Positions 25,932 to 36,849 of a stretch of DNA of 64,000 nucleotides are shown one piece after another; the stretch's first letter is position 1; the number at the start of each line of letters is the position of its first letter. This stretch comes from an uncultured Gammaproteobacteria bacterium (GTDB taxonomy: Bacteria; Pseudomonadota; Gammaproteobacteria; Poriferisulfidales; GCA-002705445). The notes under the pieces are model-generated. The model was not told where the DNA came from. It saw only the letters and a list, made by a program, of their open reading frames with translations, and searched no databases. The translations under genes and the position numbers were made by a program. The stretch is taken from positions 20,022 through 84,021 of the forward strand of contig CAJYAP010000002.1 of the NCBI GenBank assembly GCA_913065025.1, written 5' to 3'.

Positions 25932-27152
25932 TTATTTTTTTATAGCAAGTATTAGATCCATAACATTTGTTCCAGTTGGGCCTGTCGTAACTAGTGACTC
26001 AGTTTTTTCCAAATAATTACCTGAGTCTGCATTTTCAATGTATGCTTTTAAATCTAAGTTATTATTAATACCTAAACTTATGGTGTTTCCGTCAACTAAC
26101 CCGCCTGCATCATCAGTAGGACCATCAGTACCATCAGTACCCGCTGAAAGAAAAACTATATCTTTATTTTTAATCTTTTCGGCCATCAATAATGCTAGTT
26201 GTTGATTTCTTCCGCCTCTACCAGGTGACTTAGGAAGCTTAACGGAACTTTCTCCTCCCCAAATATGAAGACCTTTTTTACAATTACTTAGATAGCTGAA
26301 AAAGTACTCGGCCAACTCATTAACATCTCCTTCTACGAATTTTTCGTGCAAGTATGTTTCATAATTTAGTTTCTCGCCGTAAGCCTTACATGCTAATTTT
26401 GCATCATCTAATTTTGCTACAATATAAGTGTCAATATTGGCAAACGTACTGATATCTGGACAACTGATTGGATTAACTGAATTTAACTTATCTATTATAT
26501 CATTCTCGTAACTGTTTAAATTAATTTTTATATCGTCATAAGATAGAGGTCCAGATGCAATTATTTTAGGATCATCAAAAGGTACATCTGATATCGTTAA
26601 TACAGTAGCCTTACCACTTTTTAAAAAACTAGCTAATTTTCCACCCTTTATTTGTGAAAAATGTTTTCTGATAGCATTTATATCATTTATATTATAACCC
26701 CTAGATAAAAGAGCATTAGTAAGATCCATTAATTCATCTAAACTAAAACCATCAACCATAAGTTCTACTAAACTGGAACCGCCACCCGAGATTAAAAACA
26801 AAAATGATTCATCATCTTTTTTTGAACTCATAAAATTTACTAACTCTGTTCCGCACTCTAAACTAGTTAATGATGGAGTTGGGTGATCTGATTCTAAACA
26901 TTTCACATGTCTATAGTTTTTTAAATCTGATTCTAAATGATCTCTTTTAGTGATTACCAAACCTGATTTAATTTTTATATCGTTATGTTTAAGAGCCGCT
27001 AGAGCCATTGAGCTTCCGGCTTTACCAATTGAAACCAAATTAAGATTCCCTTTGATTTTATTTTCGTCAAGGTATTTTTTCACAGCATTGTAACCTAAAA
27101 CTCTATCAACACCGGCTAAAAATATTTCTTCTATATTTTTTTTATCATTCAT
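25932..27152 (-). CDS. Glycerate 2-kinase / hydroxypyruvate reductase-like protein (DUF4147 + MOFRL)
   Basis: GKAGSSMA, GGESSV, GRGGRNQQLAL, SAGTDGTDGPTDDAGG and TGPTGTNVMDL. Confidence 0.8.
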   Translation of the reverse strand: MNDKKNIEEIFLAGVDRVLGYNAVKKYLDENKIKGNLNLVSIGKAGSSMALAALKHNDIKIKSGLVITKRDHLESDLKNYRHVKCLESDHPTPSLTSLECGTELVNFMSSKKDDESFLFLISGGGSSLVELMVDGFSLDELMDLTNALLSRGYNINDINAIRKHFSQIKGGKLASFLKSGKATVLTISDVPFDDPKIIASGPLSYDDIKINLNSYENDIIDKLNSVNPISCPDISTFANIDTYIVAKLDDAKLACKAYGEKLNYETYLHEKFVEGDVNELAEYFFSYLSNCKKGLHIWGGESSVKLPKSPGRGGRNQQLALLMAEKIKNKDIVFLSAGTDGTDGPTDDAGGLVDGNTISLGINNNLDLKAYIENADSGNYLEKTESLVTTGPTGTNVMDLILAIKK

Positions 27153-27164
27153 AATTTTTTTTAT

Positions 27165-27698
27165 TTAACTCGAAATATAAACCAATGCACTGCATATATC
27201 TCTATTACAAAGATTTATAATATCACTATTACTCATTCTAACACATCCATGCGATGCTTTTTTCCCCAGCATTCCTTCTTCATTTGTACCATGAATATAT
27301 ATAAATCTAGAATAACTATCTATATTTAAACCTTTATTTTTTCCTTCTTCTAATCCAGAAAGCCAAAGAATTCTAGTAGAGATAATATCTTCTTCTGTAG
27401 TCACCTGGTCTTTGATAACTTTTGTGATTTCTCTTGTTGGCATTCTATTTTTAAATATAGTAAATATATCGGCATTACTACCTATTTGTTCTTTTATATA
27501 ATGGGATCCAAGCGGTGTCTTATTGCTGTCTTTTTTTGAACCCTCGCCATACTTAGATGTAGAAATTTTGTAGTTTTGAATTTCTTCGTAATTTTTAAAT
27601 AGACTAAGCTTTTGATCTTTAATACTTATAGTTATTATATAATCTTTATTCAAAGAATAGTCTGTATATTTAGAGAATATTGATTTTATATCTACCAT
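27165..27698 (-). CDS. YkuD (L,D-transpeptidase catalytic) domain protein without export signal
   Basis: IHGT...SHGCVRM active-site motif near the C-terminus. The N-terminus MVDIKSIFSKYTDYSLNKD is hydrophilic. Only 35 nt separate it from the purF stop, so there is no room for a missed signal peptide. Confidence 0.75.
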   Translation of the reverse strand: MVDIKSIFSKYTDYSLNKDYIITISIKDQKLSLFKNYEEIQNYKISTSKYGEGSKKDSNKTPLGSHYIKEQIGSNADIFTIFKNRMPTREITKVIKDQVTTEEDIISTRILWLSGLEEGKNKGLNIDSYSRFIYIHGTNEEGMLGKKASHGCVRMSNSDIINLCNRDICSALVYISS

Positions 27699-27733
27699 AT
27701 ATTATGTTCAATTTTTTTTGAGATTTAAATAAA

Positions 27734-29185
27734 TCAAGTTGAGTGTCTTTTTTTCTCTAGATCCTGAAAATACTTATCGCTAACTTCTGTCAAATACTTA
27801 CCAGTAAAAACTGACGTTTCAAAACTTTTTATTTCTTGATTACCTGCCTGCACCGCATAGACTAAGTCGTCAAGATCCTGATAAATTAATTTATCTGCAC
27901 CAATCTCCTCACAAACTTCTTGAGTATTTCTTCCATTGGCAATAAGATCATTTTTACTTGGCATATCTATTCCATAAATATTTGGAAATCTTATTGGTGG
28001 AGACGCTGAAGCAAAATATACTTTTTTTGCCCCCGAATCTCTTGCCATTTGAACTATTTCTTTAGAAGTAGTTCCTCTTACTATTGAATCATCAACTAAT
28101 AAAACATTTTTATCCTTAAATTCAGAAACTAATGGATTGAGTTTATGTCTCACAGATTTTTTTCTTACTGCCTGACCTTGCATTATAAATGTTCTTCCAA
28201 TATATCTATTTTTTATCAAACCTTCTCTATAGTTTTTGTTTAATCTTATAGACATCTCTAAAGCCGCGGTTCTACTTGTATCAGGAATTGGTATAATTAC
28301 ATCAATATCATTATCTGCCCATTCTCTTAAAATTTTATTCGCTAATTGCTTGCCCATTCTCATTCTTGCTTCTTGAACATTAATACCATCTATTATTGAA
28401 TCAGGCCTAGAAAAATAAACATACTCAAATATACAAGGCGTTAAATTTAAATTTTCAGAATATAAAGATTTATGGACGTTTCCTTCCATATCGATAAAAA
28501 TTGATTCACCAGGCTCTAAATCTCTAACAGTTTCATAACCTAGTAAATCTAGTGCCACACTTTCAGAAGAGACTATATAACTATAACCAGTTGAACTCTT
28601 TTTTTTGCCTAAAATTAATGGTCTAATCCCATGAATATCTCTAAATGCCACCAAACCATATCCTGCTATCAAAGCAACTACAGCATATGCTCCAGAACAT
28701 CTTTTATGAACGCCGTTAATGGCCTTGAATAAATCTGAAACTTTAAAAGAAGAAGAATCTACATTAAGTAATTCATGAGCAAAAATATTTAAAAGAACTT
28801 CTGTGTCGGACTGAGTGTGTATATGTCTTCTGTCGTTTATCAACAGTTCTTCTCTTAAAGGCTCTGAATTATCTAAATTTCCATTATGCGCAAGCGCGAT
28901 TCCATATGGTGAATTAACATAAAAAGGTTGAGCTTCGTCTGTACCATGACTTCCTGCAGTTGGATAACGAACATGCCCAATACCGGAATTCCCTTTAAGC
29001 TCAAGCATATCATTAATATCAAAAATATCGTTAACTAAACCTTTTCCCTTTTTTTGATATAAATTATTATTAAAGCATGTGGCTATTCCGGCAGAATCCT
29101 GCCCACGGTGCTGAAGGACCGTAAGTCCGTCAAATAAACTCTGGTTAACAGAGACATCATCAACTATACCAATGATTCCACACAT
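27734..29185 (-). CDS. purF: Amidophosphoribosyltransferase PurF
   Basis: Start set to ATG 29185 so that the mature N-terminus is the catalytic Cys (MCGIIGI). PRPP motif VLLVDDSIVRGTT. Confidence 0.95.
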   Translation of the reverse strand: MCGIIGIVDDVSVNQSLFDGLTVLQHRGQDSAGIATCFNNNLYQKKGKGLVNDIFDINDMLELKGNSGIGHVRYPTAGSHGTDEAQPFYVNSPYGIALAHNGNLDNSEPLREELLINDRRHIHTQSDTEVLLNIFAHELLNVDSSSFKVSDLFKAINGVHKRCSGAYAVVALIAGYGLVAFRDIHGIRPLILGKKKSSTGYSYIVSSESVALDLLGYETVRDLEPGESIFIDMEGNVHKSLYSENLNLTPCIFEYVYFSRPDSIIDGINVQEARMRMGKQLANKILREWADNDIDVIIPIPDTSRTAALEMSIRLNKNYREGLIKNRYIGRTFIMQGQAVRKKSVRHKLNPLVSEFKDKNVLLVDDSIVRGTTSKEIVQMARDSGAKKVYFASASPPIRFPNIYGIDMPSKNDLIANGRNTQEVCEEIGADKLIYQDLDDLVYAVQAGNQEIKSFETSVFTGKYLTEVSDKYFQDLEKKRHST

Positions 29186-29651
29186 TGGGCAATTGTACAC
29201 CAAATTTCAAAAAATAATCTATAAACAATGAATTTTTATCAAAATTAATAATATAATCTAAATTGTTATGATGGTCCGCTATCAAAAGAATAAGTACAAT
29301 GATGGCAACACTTTTAATTAATCCAGCGAAAAAACCAAGTGATTTATTTAGTAAAATATTTTGAGATAATATTGAAATCTTAAAAAAAATTTTGCTAGCA
29401 ATAAAAACTAATACAGAAGTAAAAATATAGATTATAAAGACACTAAAAACAAAATATAAGTAATCGGGGAAATTATAATTAGTAATATTTAAAATACCCG
29501 GTAAATAACTTTCAAAATAATCTATTAAAGGGGAATATAATATTATAAATAATATAATGACAAATATAGATTTTAATTCCTTATTAAAACCTCTAAAAAA
29601 ACCCAAAATGGAAAATATTAAAACTATGATAAATATAAAAAAGTCTAACAT
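29160..29651 (-). CDS. cvpA: Colicin V production protein CvpA
   Basis: 163-aa 4-TM protein immediately upstream of purF, the conserved dedD-cvpA-purF order. Confidence 0.8.
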   Translation of the reverse strand: MLDFFIFIIVLIFSILGFFRGFNKELKSIFVIILFIILYSPLIDYFESYLPGILNITNYNFPDYLYFVFSVFIIYIFTSVLVFIASKIFFKISILSQNILLNKSLGFFAGLIKSVAIIVLILLIADHHNNLDYIINFDKNSLFIDYFLKFGVQLPNVWNHWYS

Positions 29652-29674
29652 TAAGAAATTCCTTTATAAAATAT

Positions 29675-30199
29675 TTATTTTTTAAAAATTGACTCTATTA
29701 TATACGAATTCCCGTACTGGTTATTCTTAATTAATTTTAAATAATTTTTTTTCACGTCATCGGAGGAAAAGTACGGACCAACATTAACAGAATAAAAGGT
29801 TTTATTATTTCTATTAGATTTAACTATAAAAGACTGATATTTAATGTCTTCAAGTTTTTTTATTTGTTTTTCAGCATTTGTTTTATCTAAATAAGAACCG
29901 ATTCTAATAACCCAACTATTTTTTTTTAATTTATTATTTTCAGTGATAACATTCACGTCAAGATCTTTAATAATTTTCTCATCCACTGAACTACTAATTT
30001 TTTTTACTTTAGATATATTCTTATTCTCTAAAACTTTTACTTCATCAATATAATTAAATTTAATATCTTTTTGATTATCTATTTTTTGAAACTTAAGTTC
30101 TTTTTGTCCAGAACCTTTAAAAAGCATAGGTGCAATTATTATTGATAAGATTATTACTAGAGACGCTCCGATAATCCTATTTTTTAAATTTTCATTCAT
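29675..30199 (-). CDS. dedD: SPOR domain cell-division protein (DedD-like)
   Basis: N-terminal TM IIGASLVIILSIIIAPMLF and a C-terminal SPOR-like WVIRIGSY...YSVNVGPY. Lies between folC and cvpA. Confidence 0.7.
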   Translation of the reverse strand: MNENLKNRIIGASLVIILSIIIAPMLFKGSGQKELKFQKIDNQKDIKFNYIDEVKVLENKNISKVKKISSSVDEKIIKDLDVNVITENNKLKKNSWVIRIGSYLDKTNAEKQIKKLEDIKYQSFIVKSNRNNKTFYSVNVGPYFSSDDVKKNYLKLIKNNQYGNSYIIESIFKK

Positions 30200-31463
30200 T
30201 TTTTTTATATTCTCTTTGTAGTATAGGCGCTATTGTATAACTTGATCCAAAAACTACTATTATGTCCTGCTTATTATCAATAAACTCTATTGCTCTATCA
30301 TATGCTTTTCCTATACTATCATATGCAAATAGATTCTCTGTAATGAAAAAATCATTTTTTTTGAGTTCATTTACATTTAATGCTCTTTCATTTTTACTGT
30401 TCGAGATATGCCAACTTGTAAAAAAACCTTTTAATAAATTCAATATTTTATCTACATCTTTATCTTTTAAAACACTAAAAACTGCATGAAAATTGCTATT
30501 TGGATAGTATTTTTTTAAGTTTACAATTAATTTTTCTACACTCGGCTCATTATGCGCAATATCTAATACTGCTACTGGAATAGTTTTTAAAATTTGAAAT
30601 CTACCTATGATCTCTGCTTTTTCTAAACCTATATCTAACCTATTTTTATCCAAAATAATATCTTCGCAACAGTGTATTGCTTGTATTGCTGTTGCAGCGT
30701 TATTAATTTGTATATCACCCTTCATACTAGGATTTTTACATTCAATTTTTAAACCATCACGGTTAGAAAAGATCCATTTTTTTTTAGAATTTTCCTCATA
30801 AAAAAAATCTTTATCAATTATATTTAAATGCGACTTGATATCTTTTGAATACTTTAATATTGAATTATGTATATTTCTATAACCAATAATTGCAGGTCTA
30901 CCTTTTCTCATTATGCCAGATTTTTCATACGCAATTGTTTCAAGATCATTCCCTAAAATTGCAGTATGGTCTAAACCAATACTTGTAATTATAGAAATAT
31001 CAGGATCTATAATATTAACAGCATCTAATCTTCCACCAAGACCAACTTCTAATATTATTACGTCTAATTTTTTCCTACTAAATACTATAAGCGCAGCAAG
31101 AGTACTGAACTCAAAAAATGTTAATGTTATATCTTCTCTAGATTTTTCGATAACCTCAAACGCTTCACAAATTTCTTCTGTGCTAGCAGGAGTTTTATTA
31201 ATCTTTATTCTTTCGTTAAATTCTAACAAATGAGGTGATGTGTACGAACCAACATTGTAGCCAGACTCAATAAGAATAGACTCAAGAATTGCTACAGTTG
31301 AACCTTTTCCATTGGTTCCAGCAACTGTAAAAATCTTTGATTTTGTTTTATGGATATTTAATTTTTTAGCGACTTCATTGATTCTGCTAAGATTAAAATC
31401 CATATTTGTGGAGTGTAATTTACACTGCCATTTGATCCACTCGTCTAAAGTAAAATTTTTCAA
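30192..31463 (-). CDS. folC: Bifunctional folylpolyglutamate synthase / dihydrofolate synthase
   Basis: Mur-ligase P-loop AGTNGKGST and the SIGLDH motif. Lies downstream of accD. Confidence 0.9.
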   Translation of the reverse strand: MKNFTLDEWIKWQCKLHSTNMDFNLSRINEVAKKLNIHKTKSKIFTVAGTNGKGSTVAILESILIESGYNVGSYTSPHLLEFNERIKINKTPASTEEICEAFEVIEKSREDITLTFFEFSTLAALIVFSRKKLDVIILEVGLGGRLDAVNIIDPDISIITSIGLDHTAILGNDLETIAYEKSGIMRKGRPAIIGYRNIHNSILKYSKDIKSHLNIIDKDFFYEENSKKKWIFSNRDGLKIECKNPSMKGDIQINNAATAIQAIHCCEDIILDKNRLDIGLEKAEIIGRFQILKTIPVAVLDIAHNEPSVEKLIVNLKKYYPNSNFHAVFSVLKDKDVDKILNLLKGFFTSWHISNSKNERALNVNELKKNDFFITENLFAYDSIGKAYDRAIEFIDNKQDIIVVFGSSYTIAPILQREYKKNE

Positions 31464-31477
31464 TGATAATTCTAAAA

Positions 31478-32362
31478 TTAATTTGTAGCTAAATCTGCTT
31501 TTTTTACAGGATTATTTATTAATGTCTTAATCAAATTTGTTATCTCAACCTTCATGTGACGTCTATCTATTATCATATCAATTGCGCCATGGTCTAACAA
31601 AAACTCACTCCTCTGGAAACCTTCTGGAAGTGTTTCACGAACAGTTTGTTCTATTACTCTTGGTCCTGCAAAACCAATTAAAGCTTTTGGTTCAGCAATA
31701 TTTATATCTCCAAGCATTGCTAAACTTGCCGACACGCCACCCATTGTTGGATCTGTTAATACAGAGATAAAAGGAACTGATTTTCTTCTCATATCTGCTA
31801 TTACGCTTGAAGTTTTTGACATTTGAAATAATGAAACCAAGGATTCTTGCATCCTAGCTCCTCCACTAGCAGAAAAACAAATTAAAGGAATGTTTTTCGC
31901 TATAGATTCTTTTGCTGCTCTAGTAAATTTCTCTCCCACAACAGAACCCATGGAGCCTCCCATAAAAGAAAATTCAAATGCAGCTGCAATAACTTGAATT
32001 CCATTAATTTTTCCTTTTATGACTATTAGTGCATCTTTTTCCTCTGTTTTACTTTGTGCTGAAGAAATTCTATCTTTATATTTTTTACTATCTTTAAATT
32101 TTAAAAAATCTTTTGAAGATAATTTTGTAAATAATTCTTGCTTATCATCTGAATCAAGAAATATATCAAGTCTATTTCTAGCACTAATTCTCATGTGATG
32201 ACCGCAGTTGGTGCATACATATTGATTTTGTATAATATCTTCTCTATATAAAACTGTTTGACAGCTTGGGCATTTTTCCCAAACACCTTCTGGAATAACT
32301 TTTTTATCTTTACTGCTATCAACTCTTATTCTTGAGGGTAATAATTTTTCAAACCAACTCAT
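31478..32362 (-). CDS. accD: Acetyl-CoA carboxylase carboxyltransferase beta subunit
   Basis: Zinc ribbon CPSC...CTNCGHH and the carboxyltransferase body [11 protein letters not shown]...SGGARMQE. Confidence 0.95.
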   Translation of the reverse strand: MSWFEKLLPSRIRVDSSKDKKVIPEGVWEKCPSCQTVLYREDIIQNQYVCTNCGHHMRISARNRLDIFLDSDDKQELFTKLSSKDFLKFKDSKKYKDRISSAQSKTEEKDALIVIKGKINGIQVIAAAFEFSFMGGSMGSVVGEKFTRAAKESIAKNIPLICFSASGGARMQESLVSLFQMSKTSSVIADMRRKSVPFISVLTDPTMGGVSASLAMLGDINIAEPKALIGFAGPRVIEQTVRETLPEGFQRSEFLLDHGAIDMIIDRRHMKVEITNLIKTLINNPVKKADLATN

Positions 32363-33186
32363 GGTTTTTCTCCGGAAATTAAGTTTTCATCAAGTTTTAG
32401 TCTTATTGGGCTCATTAAATTCACTATATCACTATTTGTTTTACTCTTATTATCTTGCTCTTTCTCAATTATATTAACAATAGCGCTACCAATAACAACT
32501 GCGTCAGCATTTTTTGATAATATTTTTGCTGTATTGGCATCTTTAATTCCAAATCCGACTGCTAAGGGTAAGTTTATGGATTTTTTTATAACCTTTAACT
32601 GCTCTTCTGTTTTTTTGATATCTAATGTTGTTGCGCCAGTAACTCCTTTTAGGGAAACATAATAAAGAAAACCTGATGCATATTTTGATATTTCTTGAAT
32701 TCTATCAATTTTAGTATTTGGGGCAATTAAAAATATACTCTCTAGATTATATTTTTTGAAAATACTTATAACTTCTTTTGCCTCCTCATGAGGAAGATCC
32801 ACTACTAGTATGGCGTCAACTCCAGATTGGCTTGCAGATTTTGCGAATGCTTCATACCCCATTCTTTCTATAGGGTTTAAATAGCCCATTAGAACAATAG
32901 GCGTTGATATATCATGCTTCCTAAAATCTCTAACTAACTCAAAAATATCTAAACAAGATGTATTTTTACTTAATGCTCTTTCGCAAGCTCTTTGTATTGT
33001 TGGGCCATCTGCCATTGGGTCTGAAAAAGGGACTCCTAACTCAATAATATCGGTTCCTGAGTTTACCAATGTTTGCATAATATCTAAGCTATTTTCTATA
33101 GATGGATCACCAGCAGTAATATATGAAATCAAACATGTTTTACTATCATTTCTTAATGCTTCAAATTTTTTACTAATTCTACTCAA
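32359..33186 (-). CDS. trpA: Tryptophan synthase alpha chain
   Basis: [17 protein letters not shown] and [10 protein letters not shown]. 4-nt overlap with trpB. Confidence 0.95.
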   Translation of the reverse strand: MSRISKKFEALRNDSKTCLISYITAGDPSIENSLDIMQTLVNSGTDIIELGVPFSDPMADGPTIQRACERALSKNTSCLDIFELVRDFRKHDISTPIVLMGYLNPIERMGYEAFAKSASQSGVDAILVVDLPHEEAKEVISIFKKYNLESIFLIAPNTKIDRIQEISKYASGFLYYVSLKGVTGATTLDIKKTEEQLKVIKKSINLPLAVGFGIKDANTAKILSKNADAVVIGSAIVNIIEKEQDNKSKTNSDIVNLMSPIRLKLDENLISGEKP

Positions 33187-34415
33187 ATCTCAATACCTTC
33201 TATTCTAGCTACTGTATTTAAATCTTTATCTCCTCTTCCTGATAAATTAATAACAATATTTTCACCCTTTTTCATTTTTGCGGCTAATTTCATTGAATAT
33301 GCTACTGCGTGACTTGTTTCCAGTGCTGGAATTATTCCTTCTACTCTAGATAATTCATGGAATGCCTTTAAGGCTTCTTGATCTGTAGCGGATGCATAAT
33401 GCACTCTACCTAGGTCTTTCAATAATGCATGTTCGGGGCCAACGCCAGGGTAATCTAATCCTGCTGATATACTATGAGTTTCTATAATTTGACCATTTTC
33501 ATCTTCTAATAAATAAGTTCTGTTACCATGCAATACTCCGATCTTGCCTTTATTTAATGGAGCAGAATGTTTTTCGGTTTCTAACCCATCTCCTGCAGCT
33601 TCAACACCATACATTTTAGAGTCACAATCTATAAAAGGGTAAAAAAGACCAATGGCATTTGAACCTCCTCCGACACAAGCAACCAAAGCATCAACTTTTT
33701 TATCTATATTTTCCATCTGTTCAATTACTTCTCTTCCAATAATTGCCTGGAAATCTCTCACCAGCTCAGGATATGGTGAAGGGCCGGCAACGGTACCTAT
33801 TATATAAAAAGTATTATCAACATTTGTTACCCAATCTCTAAGTGCTTCGTTAAGTGCATCTTTAAGTGTTTTAGAGCCAGATGTTACTGGAACAACTTCA
33901 GCTCCTAATAATTTCATTCTATAAACATTTTGCGATTGGCGATAAATATCTTGTTCCCCCATAAATACAACGCACTCCATACCAAGTCTAGCTGCAACTG
34001 TTGCTGAAGCAACTCCATGTTGTCCTGCTCCAGTCTCAGCAATAATTCTTGTTTTACCCATTTTTTTAGCAAGGATTGCTTGACCGATTGTATTATTAAT
34101 TTTGTGAGCACCTGTATGACACAAATCTTCTCTTTTTAAAAATATATTAGCACCATTGATTTTTTCTGTTAACCTTTCTGCAAAGTATAAAGGTGTAGGT
34201 CTACCAACATAATTTTTATATTCTGAATAAAGTTCGTGTAAAAAATCTGTATCTTTTTTTAAATCATAATACATATTTCTTAAATCTGTGAGAGGTTCTA
34301 TAAGTGTTTCAGCTACAAAAGTACCTCCAAAAATACCATAATGACCATTTTCATCGGGATATCCATATTTCATTAAATTGAAATCATTTAAATTTTTATT
34401 TTGATTTGTTTTCAT
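33183..34415 (-). CDS. trpB: Tryptophan synthase beta chain
   Basis: [16 protein letters not shown] (PLP lysine), ETGAGQHG and GGGSNAIG. Confidence 0.97.
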   Translation of the reverse strand: MKTNQNKNLNDFNLMKYGYPDENGHYGIFGGTFVAETLIEPLTDLRNMYYDLKKDTDFLHELYSEYKNYVGRPTPLYFAERLTEKINGANIFLKREDLCHTGAHKINNTIGQAILAKKMGKTRIIAETGAGQHGVASATVAARLGMECVVFMGEQDIYRQSQNVYRMKLLGAEVVPVTSGSKTLKDALNEALRDWVTNVDNTFYIIGTVAGPSPYPELVRDFQAIIGREVIEQMENIDKKVDALVACVGGGSNAIGLFYPFIDCDSKMYGVEAAGDGLETEKHSAPLNKGKIGVLHGNRTYLLEDENGQIIETHSISAGLDYPGVGPEHALLKDLGRVHYASATDQEALKAFHELSRVEGIIPALETSHAVAYSMKLAAKMKKGENIVINLSGRGDKDLNTVARIEGIEI

Positions 34416-35025
34416 TTTTAGCTTTCTTTATAAATTTCCTTATTAAGTTTAAATCTTTATTACCATCATTAGATTCTACCCCACTACTAACATCTACACC
34501 ATATGGCAAAAACAATTTAATTGCATCCTCTACATTATCACAATTTAAGCCACCAGCAATTATAATAGGTTTTTTAGTATCAAACATATTATTTGTCCAA
34601 TCAAAGGTTTTTCCTGTTCCACCAATACCATCATCTTGATGGCTATCAATGATAAATGCTAATGCATTTGGATATTTTTTATCAAGATTTTTAAAACCAT
34701 CGTTATCTTCCGAAACTCCTTTTATATATGGCAAACCATGTTTTATACAATCAGATTCTACTTCATTCCCATGAAACTGAATAATATCTGCCTTAATTTC
34801 ACTCATAACAGATTCTATATATTTTTCTTCATCATTAGAGAACAAAGCCACTTTCTGAGTAGAGGGTTTTAATACTGAAATAATTTGTTTAGCTGTATTA
34901 ATAGAAATACATCTTTTGCTTTTTTTGCAAAAAACTAGGCCAATGTAGTCTGCTCCACTTTCCTCTGAAGCTAAAGCTGCTCTTATATCCTTCACTCCAC
35001 ATATTTTTACTTTAATTTCTTTCAT
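34396..35025 (-). CDS. trpF: N-(5'-phosphoribosyl)anthranilate isomerase
   Basis: VKICGV start and C-terminal GVDVSSGVE. Lies upstream of trpB-trpA. Confidence 0.88.
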   Translation of the reverse strand: MKEIKVKICGVKDIRAALASEESGADYIGLVFCKKSKRCISINTAKQIISVLKPSTQKVALFSNDEEKYIESVMSEIKADIIQFHGNEVESDCIKHGLPYIKGVSEDNDGFKNLDKKYPNALAFIIDSHQDDGIGGTGKTFDWTNNMFDTKKPIIIAGGLNCDNVEDAIKLFLPYGVDVSSGVESNDGNKDLNLIRKFIKKAKNENKSK

Positions 35026-35034
35026 AACATAAAT

Positions 35035-35817
35035 TTAATTGTACTTTGGATAGTAAATATCATTCCTCAATCCATATTTTGACTCATATTCTATATTTAC
35101 TAAATATAATCCACTGGCAGGAAACTGTTTTCCACCCTGATTCCTATCCTTTGAAATAAGTAAATCTTCAATCCAATGTATATCTTTTTCTCCTGATCCA
35201 ATTAATACCAATGAACCAACTAAATTTCTAACCATATTATATAAAAAAGAATTGGCATTTATATCTATATATATATAATTATTTTCTCGAGTAATAACTA
35301 TATCATTTATCTTTCTTATTGGTGTATTAGATTGGCAGTGCGCAGACCTAAAGCATGAAAAATCATTAATACCTATAAGTTTTTTTGCCGCATCTTGCAT
35401 TTTTCCCTCATCCAATATTTTTAAAAAATACCAACTTACTTTATTTCTATTTATACATGGTTTCACTTTATTATTATAAATTATATATCTGTACGTTCTG
35501 CTAAGAGCTGAAAATCTTGCATGAAAATCATTTCCTATAAATTTCACATAATTTATTCTTATATCTTCAGGTAAAAATGAGTTGAGGCCAAGTAACCATT
35601 TTTCTTCTGTTCTTTTAACATTTGTTTCAAAATGTGCAACTTGCCCAGTAGCATGAACTCCGGCATCTGTTCTTCCAGCTACAGAAAGTTTTATTTTTTC
35701 TTGAGAAAATTTAAATATTGATTCTTGAATTTGACCTTGAATAGTATTCGGATTTTTTTGTTCCTGCCATCCGTGATAATTTTTTCCATCATACTCGATA
35801 GATAATAAAATTCTCAT
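35035..35817 (-). CDS. truA: tRNA pseudouridine(38-40) synthase TruA
   Basis: YDGKNYHGWQ.Q, the catalytic AGRTDAGVHA and RTYRY. Confidence 0.93.
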   Translation of the reverse strand: MRILLSIEYDGKNYHGWQEQKNPNTIQGQIQESIFKFSQEKIKLSVAGRTDAGVHATGQVAHFETNVKRTEEKWLLGLNSFLPEDIRINYVKFIGNDFHARFSALSRTYRYIIYNNKVKPCINRNKVSWYFLKILDEGKMQDAAKKLIGINDFSCFRSAHCQSNTPIRKINDIVITRENNYIYIDINANSFLYNMVRNLVGSLVLIGSGEKDIHWIEDLLISKDRNQGGKQFPASGLYLVNIEYESKYGLRNDIYYPKYN

Positions 35818-35826
35818 CTACATTTC

Positions 35827-36849
35827 TTATAAATAATCTTTAATTAATAATTCTGCAATTTGAACGCTATTATATGCAGCACCTTTTCTAATATTATTAC
35901 TAACTATCCACATATTTATTCCATTTTTTATTGAAATATCCTCTCTAACTCTACCTACAAAAACTTCATTACTGTCCTCACATTCATTTGCAGCACAAGG
36001 GTAACCACCATCTTTATGATCATCAACTAGAACAACACCGCTATTATTCTTCCCTAAAATATCTTTTACTTGTTTTGCGGTAATTTTATTTTCTAACTCT
36101 ATATGAACAGCTTCTGAATGCCCAAAAAATACTGGGACTCTTACTGTTGTGGGATTAACTTCAATAGAGCTATCTAATATTTTTTTAGTTTCCCATACCA
36201 TTTTCATTTCTTCTTTCGTATACCCATTATCCATAAATTTATCAATTTGAGGAATAACATTAAATGCTATTTGTTTCGGATATACATTATTAACAAGGCT
36301 TTCATTTCTTGTGTAGGCATAAACCTGATTCTTTAATTCATCTATAGCCTCGTTTCCTGATCCAGAAACAGCTTGATAAGTACATACATTTATCCTTTTT
36401 ATTTTACAAATATCATGAATTGGTTTTAATGCTACTAACATTTGTATCGTAGAGCAATTAGGATTTGCAATAATACCTGTCTCTTTATATAAAGAAATTT
36501 TTTCACTATTAACTTCAGGAACTACTAATGGGATATTATCTTCATATCTAAAAAAAGAAGTATTATCAATTACAACAGCATTGTTCTTAGTTGCAACTTT
36601 CGCATATTTTTCTGAAATATCGCTTCCCGCAGAAAACATAGCAATGTCAACTCCTTGAAAATTAAATTCATTTAATGAGCTTACTTGATAATCACTATTA
36701 TTTATTGTGATCGTTTTTCCTTTAGATTTTTTACTTGCTAACAGGTGTAAATTATTTATTGGAAACTTTCTTTCCATTAATATCTTTAACATCATTTGAC
36801 CAACTGCACCAGTTGCTCCAACTATAGCGACATTATATTTTTTACTCAC
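35827..36849 (-). CDS. asd: Aspartate-semialdehyde dehydrogenase
   Basis: VAIVGATGAVGQ Rossmann motif and the active site NPNCSTIQ. I place the start at GTG 36849 (MSKKYNVAIVG), which has AGGTGG SD 5 nt upstream inside the leuB 3' end. The ORF-track start at 36876 is a TTG. Confidence 0.9.
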   Translation of the reverse strand: MSKKYNVAIVGATGAVGQMMLKILMERKFPINNLHLLASKKSKGKTITINNSDYQVSSLNEFNFQGVDIAMFSAGSDISEKYAKVATKNNAVVIDNTSFFRYEDNIPLVVPEVNSEKISLYKETGIIANPNCSTIQMLVALKPIHDICKIKRINVCTYQAVSGSGNEAIDELKNQVYAYTRNESLVNNVYPKQIAFNVIPQIDKFMDNGYTKEEMKMVWETKKILDSSIEVNPTTVRVPVFFGHSEAVHIELENKITAKQVKDILGKNNSGVVLVDDHKDGGYPCAANECEDSNEVFVGRVREDISIKNGINMWIVSNNIRKGAAYNSVQIAELLIKDYL

